NCBI GenBank assembly: GCA_036339585.1
Contig: JAYZAS010000004.1
Location: 121,767-185,766 of the forward strand
DNA: 64,000 nucleotides
Direction of reading: 5' to 3'
Source of the DNA: Pseudomonadota bacterium
GTDB lineage: Bacteria > Pseudomonadota > Alphaproteobacteria > UBA8366
Positions 59,606 through 64,000 of the stretch are shown one piece after another. The notes under the pieces were generated by a model that was not told the DNA's origin, did not search any database, and saw nothing but the letters and a program-made list of their open reading frames with translations. Every line of letters starts with the position of its first letter. The stretch's first letter is position 1. A program made the translations under genes and the position numbers.

Positions 59606-61130
59606 TTCGGGCACCTCCAATCTTGCAGAATGTTTTTGTTTCATTAATCAGTCTTTCTCGCGCCCTCGCTACACGACGAGAAATAGCGCCAACTTTCTTT
59701 TTATCCTCGAGCAATTCGCGATTCCTGATTGTTATCATATCACGCATCCTTTTAGAACTTGGGCCGCCCATAAGTCCACGCTGTTCAATGTTTCTCTCAG
59801 GATTGAGCGCCTCGCTAACCAGTTTCTGAGACAAGTTGAGCCTCTTACCAAAAAGCTCCAGCGCTGCGCTGTCAAGGTCAGAGGATTTGATGTCAGTAGC
59901 AATTCCACCTTTGCCCACAGTATTACGTACAACGGTACCAACTACATTGTGCGCCATGCGGAATGAAAAACCAGTCTCACGAACTATCACATCCGATAAC
60001 TCCGTTGCAGTGCCGAAGCCAATTTCCGCCTGTTTTTTCATAACGTCTTTATTAACGACAATAGCAGAAAGTACTTCATTTATTAGCAACAATACACTAC
60101 CTGCATGTTTGCACGCATCAAGTGCCGGCTCATTGAGAGCAGTTACGCCGTCAGCCACGTCACTAAGCGAGGTGTTCTTGACACAGGCCGAGGCTGAGGT
60201 GAATGCGCCGTTCACAATCCCAGCCACTGCTTTTATGTGTTCAAGGGCAGCCGGATTTTTCTTCTGCGGCATAATAGATGAAACCGCAGAGTGTTCATCG
60301 CCAGTCTCTATAAAACCGTATTCAAAGGTGTTCCATGCCTGCAAATCAAAAGCGAGACGGGAAATGTTTGTCATAAAAATTGCCAACGCTGCCGTCGACT
60401 CCATCGCATCATCACGATTTGAAACTGCATCATAAGCGATTTCCATCGGCTGAGGAAAACCAAGCGCTTTAGCCACAAGCTTACGGTTTAGCGGAAACGC
60501 TGTCGTAGTCAAAGCACCAGCACCCAGTGGGCATTGATCAGTATTTTGAAGAGAGGCGAAAATACGGGCAAAATCACGTTGCAACAGATCCGCCAAGGTC
60601 AACAGGTAATAACCCAGCGTAATTGGCTGGGCGTGTTGGGAATGCGTATAACCTGGCATCACGGTTGCGATATGTCGTTGTGAAAGCCTCAAAACTGTTT
60701 TTCGCAGTTCAGCTAATCGAGAGAGAATCTCAAGCAATTCAGTCCGCAGTGCCATGCGCCAGGCTGTGGTGTGCATATCGTTGCGGCTGCGCCCGGTATG
60801 CAATTTTCCTCCCACCTCTGGACCCAACCTCGACACTATGTAGCGCTCGGTGTAGGAGTATAGGCCCTCCAATTTATAATCAATGCTAAGTACTCTGTGG
60901 CCCTCAGTTTGTATCTTCAGTATTAATTTTAAAATTTTTTTTATGTCTCGGCTTGGAACAATTCCCTGTTTTACCAACATTAACCCGTGGGCCATATGTA
61001 TCTGCATTTCTGCATCAAAATTATATTCAAGGTCTTTTGCTAATTTTTTGCTGAAATAAGTCTCAACAAAAATTTCGGATGGCGCACTTTTTAGACGCTC
61101 TCGCAGATTAACTTTTGATTTTCGAACCAT
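59598..61130 (-). CDS. argininosuccinate-lyase-like fumarate-lyase superfamily protein (second ArgH paralog)
   Basis: 510 aa with 'TGRSRNDM', 'PGYTHSQHAQP' and 'VSSIMPQKKNPAALEH'. Overlaps the asparaginase-like start by 8 nt. Confidence 0.85.
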   Translation of the reverse strand: MVRKSKVNLRERLKSAPSEIFVETYFSKKLAKDLEYNFDAEMQIHMAHGLMLVKQGIVPSRDIKKILKLILKIQTEGHRVLSIDYKLEGLYSYTERYIVSRLGPEVGGKLHTGRSRNDMHTTAWRMALRTELLEILSRLAELRKTVLRLSQRHIATVMPGYTHSQHAQPITLGYYLLTLADLLQRDFARIFASLQNTDQCPLGAGALTTTAFPLNRKLVAKALGFPQPMEIAYDAVSNRDDAMESTAALAIFMTNISRLAFDLQAWNTFEYGFIETGDEHSAVSSIMPQKKNPAALEHIKAVAGIVNGAFTSASACVKNTSLSDVADGVTALNEPALDACKHAGSVLLLINEVLSAIVVNKDVMKKQAEIGFGTATELSDVIVRETGFSFRMAHNVVGTVVRNTVGKGGIATDIKSSDLDSAALELFGKRLNLSQKLVSEALNPERNIEQRGLMGGPSSKRMRDMITIRNRELLEDKKKVGAISRRVARARERLINETKTFCKIGGARND

Positions 61131-61239
61131 ATGACCCTCCTTTATTTTGTCGTCAAGTTTAAGCCAACCACACTCATATGGCTATCGCCTCGACTGCCCA
61201 AGATGTTACAAATCTCCATAGAATTAAGGAGGATTTACA

Positions 61240-62349
61240 ATGAAGATTGATAAAGTTGAAGCTATAGCCATAGAAGTGCCATTACCCAAACCTTTTGCTG
61301 GAGCCACCTATACCGTACCAACCCGTAATACCATCGTAACTCGCATTTATACTGATGATGGTTTAGTGAGTGAGGTGTACAATGGTGATAATCGGAAGTG
61401 TGGTCCAGAAGTGGCAAGAATAGTCATGGAGGATATAGCTCCCTTAATTCTCGGCCTTAACCCCATCTGTCATGAAAAGGTCTGGGAACATGCCTTTAAG
61501 ATTACTACTCCCCAAGGTGACCGAAAATATTTGATGGAGGCAATTGCTTGCGTGGATACCGCAGTTTGGGATTTGAAAGGCAAAGCACTTGGCTGCAGCG
61601 TCAACAAGTTGATGGGAGGATACCGCCAACGGATACCCATCACCGCAACCGGGGGCTACTACCAAGAAGGACGGACGGTTGAAAGTTTCGGGGAGGAGAT
61701 GCAATGGCTCATAAGTGTGGGAATGGGTGGATGTAAGTTTAAAGTTGGGGGCTTAAGCCCGGAAGAAGATTTTGAACGCGTCGCCTCAGCTCGCGAAGGA
61801 GCCGGGCCAAATTTTATTCTCGGCTGTGACGCCAACCAAGGCTGGACTATAGATGAAGCAACCCGTTTTGCCGAACTAGTAGAGCCTTTAGATATTACGT
61901 GGTTTGAAGAACCTGTACGATGGCAGGATGATGTTCGTTCTATGGCAGAACTTCGAAAGCGTATCTCCATTCCGATCAATGCCGGCCAAAGTGAAATGAC
62001 AAGTTGGGGTGTGCGGCGTTTGCTTGATGCGGGTGCCGTAGATATTGTCAACTTTGATATGTCGCATGGCGGAGGACCTACAGAATGGCTTCGCGCAGCA
62101 ACTATGTGCGGATCAGTTGGAGTAAAGCTTTTGCATCATGAGGAAACCCACCTAGCAGTTCATGCGTTAGCGGCAGTCCCGCATGGTCTATACACAGATT
62201 GTTTTCCAGACCCTGAACGCGATCCAATTTGGGATAAAATGATCGTGAACCGGCCTAATATTTGTGATGGCTGGATAGATGTGCCTCAAGGGCCGGGTTT
62301 TAACATTGAACTTGATTGGGAAGCCGTGAAAAAATATCGCACCAATTAA
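61240..62349 (+). CDS. enolase-superfamily enzyme (mandelate racemase/muconate lactonizing family)
   Basis: 369 aa with 'CKFKVGG' (KxK), 'GCDANQGW', 'WFEEPV' and 'NFDMSHGGG'. Confidence 0.88.
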   Translation: MKIDKVEAIAIEVPLPKPFAGATYTVPTRNTIVTRIYTDDGLVSEVYNGDNRKCGPEVARIVMEDIAPLILGLNPICHEKVWEHAFKITTPQGDRKYLMEAIACVDTAVWDLKGKALGCSVNKLMGGYRQRIPITATGGYYQEGRTVESFGEEMQWLISVGMGGCKFKVGGLSPEEDFERVASAREGAGPNFILGCDANQGWTIDEATRFAELVEPLDITWFEEPVRWQDDVRSMAELRKRISIPINAGQSEMTSWGVRRLLDAGAVDIVNFDMSHGGGPTEWLRAATMCGSVGVKLLHHEETHLAVHALAAVPHGLYTDCFPDPERDPIWDKMIVNRPNICDGWIDVPQGPGFNIELDWEAVKKYRTN

Positions 62350-62381
62350 TCCCCTGAGTAGTTACTGTTGCTCTATTATCC

Positions 62382-63160
62382 ATGGTTTTACCCCATTCGC
62401 CAACTTAAACACAGTAGATATATCCCTGCTAATCGGCATAAATCTATTTGGCTTCACGGTTCGTGGCGCTTTCGGGTTTGGCGCAGGGCTTCCCAATGTT
62501 TTACTAATGAGTTTGATAGTTCCACCCCACCAGGCGGTAGTCTTACACAGCACGGCAACGTTATTCTCACACCTCCAACTTTTTCCACAGGGAGTGCGAG
62601 TTGGTGACTGGCAAATCTCTAAGCACCTTATTTTTGGGTTCTTCTTTGCTACTATCGCAGGTGTTTTGCTATTTTCCTCTTTAAATGAGAACCAACTAAA
62701 AGTTTCTATAGGCCTACTCTTATTAATTATAATGCTTGCTAATTTGCAAAACCCTTGATCGACAAAGCGTCCATATTAATCTCAAGAGACTAAGCGTGCT
62801 AATTTTCTACGGTGCATTTTCTGGGTTTAGTGGAGCAATCGCAGGCGGTGGAACGGGTTATTTTCTCGCTGCATATCTCAAATGGGCGACTGAAAGCTCA
62901 ATAAGTTTTCGCGGAACAAACCTTCTAATGGAAATTTTTTACGGCTTATGGAGATTTTTTCTATTAGTGATCGCCGGTTGGGTTGGATGGCATACCTTGC
63001 TCAATGCGTTGATATTGGTGCCGCGGTCCTACTAGGCGGCATGCTCGGGCGTTTGTTGTCTCAACGACTTAAAACCGCTACCTTCTACCGTGGCGTTCAA
63101 TTAATATTGATATTTGCTACAATCTTATTGATGACCAAAAGATTAAAGTTGTTCGAGTAG
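62382..63160 (+). pseudogene. TauE/SafE (DUF81) family anion/sulfite exporter, disrupted by frameshifts
   Basis: Consecutive TauE-like segments sit in alternating frames. ATG 62382 gives MVLPHSPT*. Then FTPFANLNTVDISLLIGINLFGFTVRGAFGFGAGLPNVLLM...LANLQNP* runs to stop 62756-58. Then ...LSVLIFYGAFSGFSGAIAGGGTGYFLAAYL...GWVGWHTLLNAL... runs to 63035. Finally ...VDIGAAVLLGGMLGRLLSQRL... runs to 63160. The total span of about 780 nt fits a roughly 250-aa TauE. Confidence 0.65.
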
Positions 63161-63239
63161 CTTAACGTCACAGTGCCTTGCCTTTAGGCTTTATCAATGA
63201 TGCGACGGACGCACTCATCTGGAGAGGGGGGTTAACTAA

Positions 63240-64000
63240 ATGGATTCTCAAATAAACCCTGAAGACCTTAAGAAAATGCTGCATGATGGCGGTGAATTAG
63301 CATTACTTGATGTGCGCGAAGATGGGGAGTTTGGCGAAGGTCATATACTCTATGCTAATCCGTGTGCATATTCACATTTAGAGGCGCGCGTCACCAAACG
63401 AGTCCCACGTAAAACTACTCGTATTGTATTAGTTGATGGGGGAAACGCCATTGCAGAGAAGGCTTCTACACGTCTCTCAGAGGTCGGTTATTCGAACATA
63501 ATGATCCTGAATGGAGGCATCTCCAGTTGGGCTGAAGTTGGATACACTCTATTTAAGGGAGTCAATGTGCCATGCAAGGCGTTTGGAGAGATGGTTGAAC
63601 ATTACACCAAGACACCTCACATCTCACCCCAAGAGTTGAAAGACATTCAAGAGGACGGCAAATCCCACGTTGTCCTAGATGGCCGAACCCCGAAAGAATT
63701 CAATAGGATGAGCATCCCAGGAGGAATTAGCGTGCCAAACGCTGAACTAATCTACCGCGTTCATGATTTAGCTCCAGACCCAGAAACCACAATTGTAATA
63801 AATTGTGCTGGACGCACACGCTCAATTATTGGGGCACAGACACTTATTAACGCTGGAATACCTAATCGAGTTGTTGCACTTAAGGGAGGGACCATGGGAT
63901 GGACCCTGGCGGGTTTCGATCTTGAAAATGGTGCAACTCGGAAATACGACAGATTATCAGAGGAAGGCAAGAAAACTGCCAAGCAACGTGCTGATAAAAT
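63240..64000 (+). CDS. multi-rhodanese-domain sulfurtransferase (5' part; continues past the window)
   Basis: Not in the track because it is open at the edge. The ATG at 63240 follows GGAGAGGGGGG. Translation is MDSQINPEDLKKMLHDGGELALLDVREDGEFGEGHI...; the second domain has the active-site loop 'INCAGRTRS'. Confidence 0.8.
   Translation, partial: MDSQINPEDLKKMLHDGGELALLDVREDGEFGEGHILYANPCAYSHLEARVTKRVPRKTTRIVLVDGGNAIAEKASTRLSEVGYSNIMILNGGISSWAEVGYTLFKGVNVPCKAFGEMVEHYTKTPHISPQELKDIQEDGKSHVVLDGRTPKEFNRMSIPGGISVPNAELIYRVHDLAPDPETTIVINCAGRTRSIIGAQTLINAGIPNRVVALKGGTMGWTLAGFDLENGATRKYDRLSEEGKKTAKQRADK

Noticed and set aside
62368-62607. 79-aa TTG-initiated ORF after the enolase-superfamily gene
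   Set aside because: It is the wrong frame. The adjacent frame over the same bases gives a convincing TauE/SafE N-terminal helix, so this ORF is a by-product of the pseudogene region.
1-64000. CRISPR arrays, transposases/IS elements, prophage genes, toxin-antitoxin pairs, restriction-modification or other known defence systems
   Set aside because: I scanned all listed ORFs and the larger intergenic gaps. I found no repeat-spacer periodicity, no DDE, integrase or recombinase motifs, and no nuclease/ATPase pairs typical of defence islands.

Overview
The window reads as a chromosomal segment of a moderate-GC alphaproteobacterium. That placement rests on gene order and protein sequences only; no search was run. 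All family calls come from reading the supplied translations, plus my own translations of regions missing from the ORF track. No BLAST, HMM or GC computation was possible.

Positions 1-45 kb are densely packed core genes:
- dapD (partial), argB, and engB-yidC-yidD-rnpA-rpmH
- panBC, tRNA-Arg(ACG), fumC
- a gldA/F/G-like ABC-2 transporter
- metXW, chorismate mutase-hisC-tyrC, plsC, ftsEX
- argH, a small lipoprotein and lysA; etfBA; a PduO-type adenosyltransferase; lepA

Two real genes lie below the ORF-track size cutoff: rpmH (GTG start) and an LptM-like lipoprotein (GTG start). One low-GC orphan gene sits behind a homopolymer-rich AT tract at about 37.9-39.0 kb.

Positions 45.4-64 kb look like an accessory catabolic island with no regulator and no mobility gene in view. 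It contains:
- four TauD/TfdA-type Fe(II)/2-oxoglutarate dioxygenases in two tandem pairs, and a fumarylacetoacetate hydrolase (FAH)-family hydrolase
- a molybdenum-hydroxylase large subunit with no partner subunits, and an amidohydrolase
- MFS and EamA transporters
- a Rieske protein followed by a Co-type nitrile hydratase alpha subunit and only a half-length beta-like ORF
- a translationally coupled ArgH-paralog/asparaginase-like pair, and an enolase-superfamily enzyme
- a frameshifted TauE/SafE permease pseudogene and a rhodanese (partial)

I saw no CRISPR array, transposase, integrase, prophage or recognisable defence system. The best candidates for something undescribed are the atypical nitrile-hydratase module with its neighbours, and the multi-dioxygenase cluster. 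Both are hypotheses, not demonstrations.
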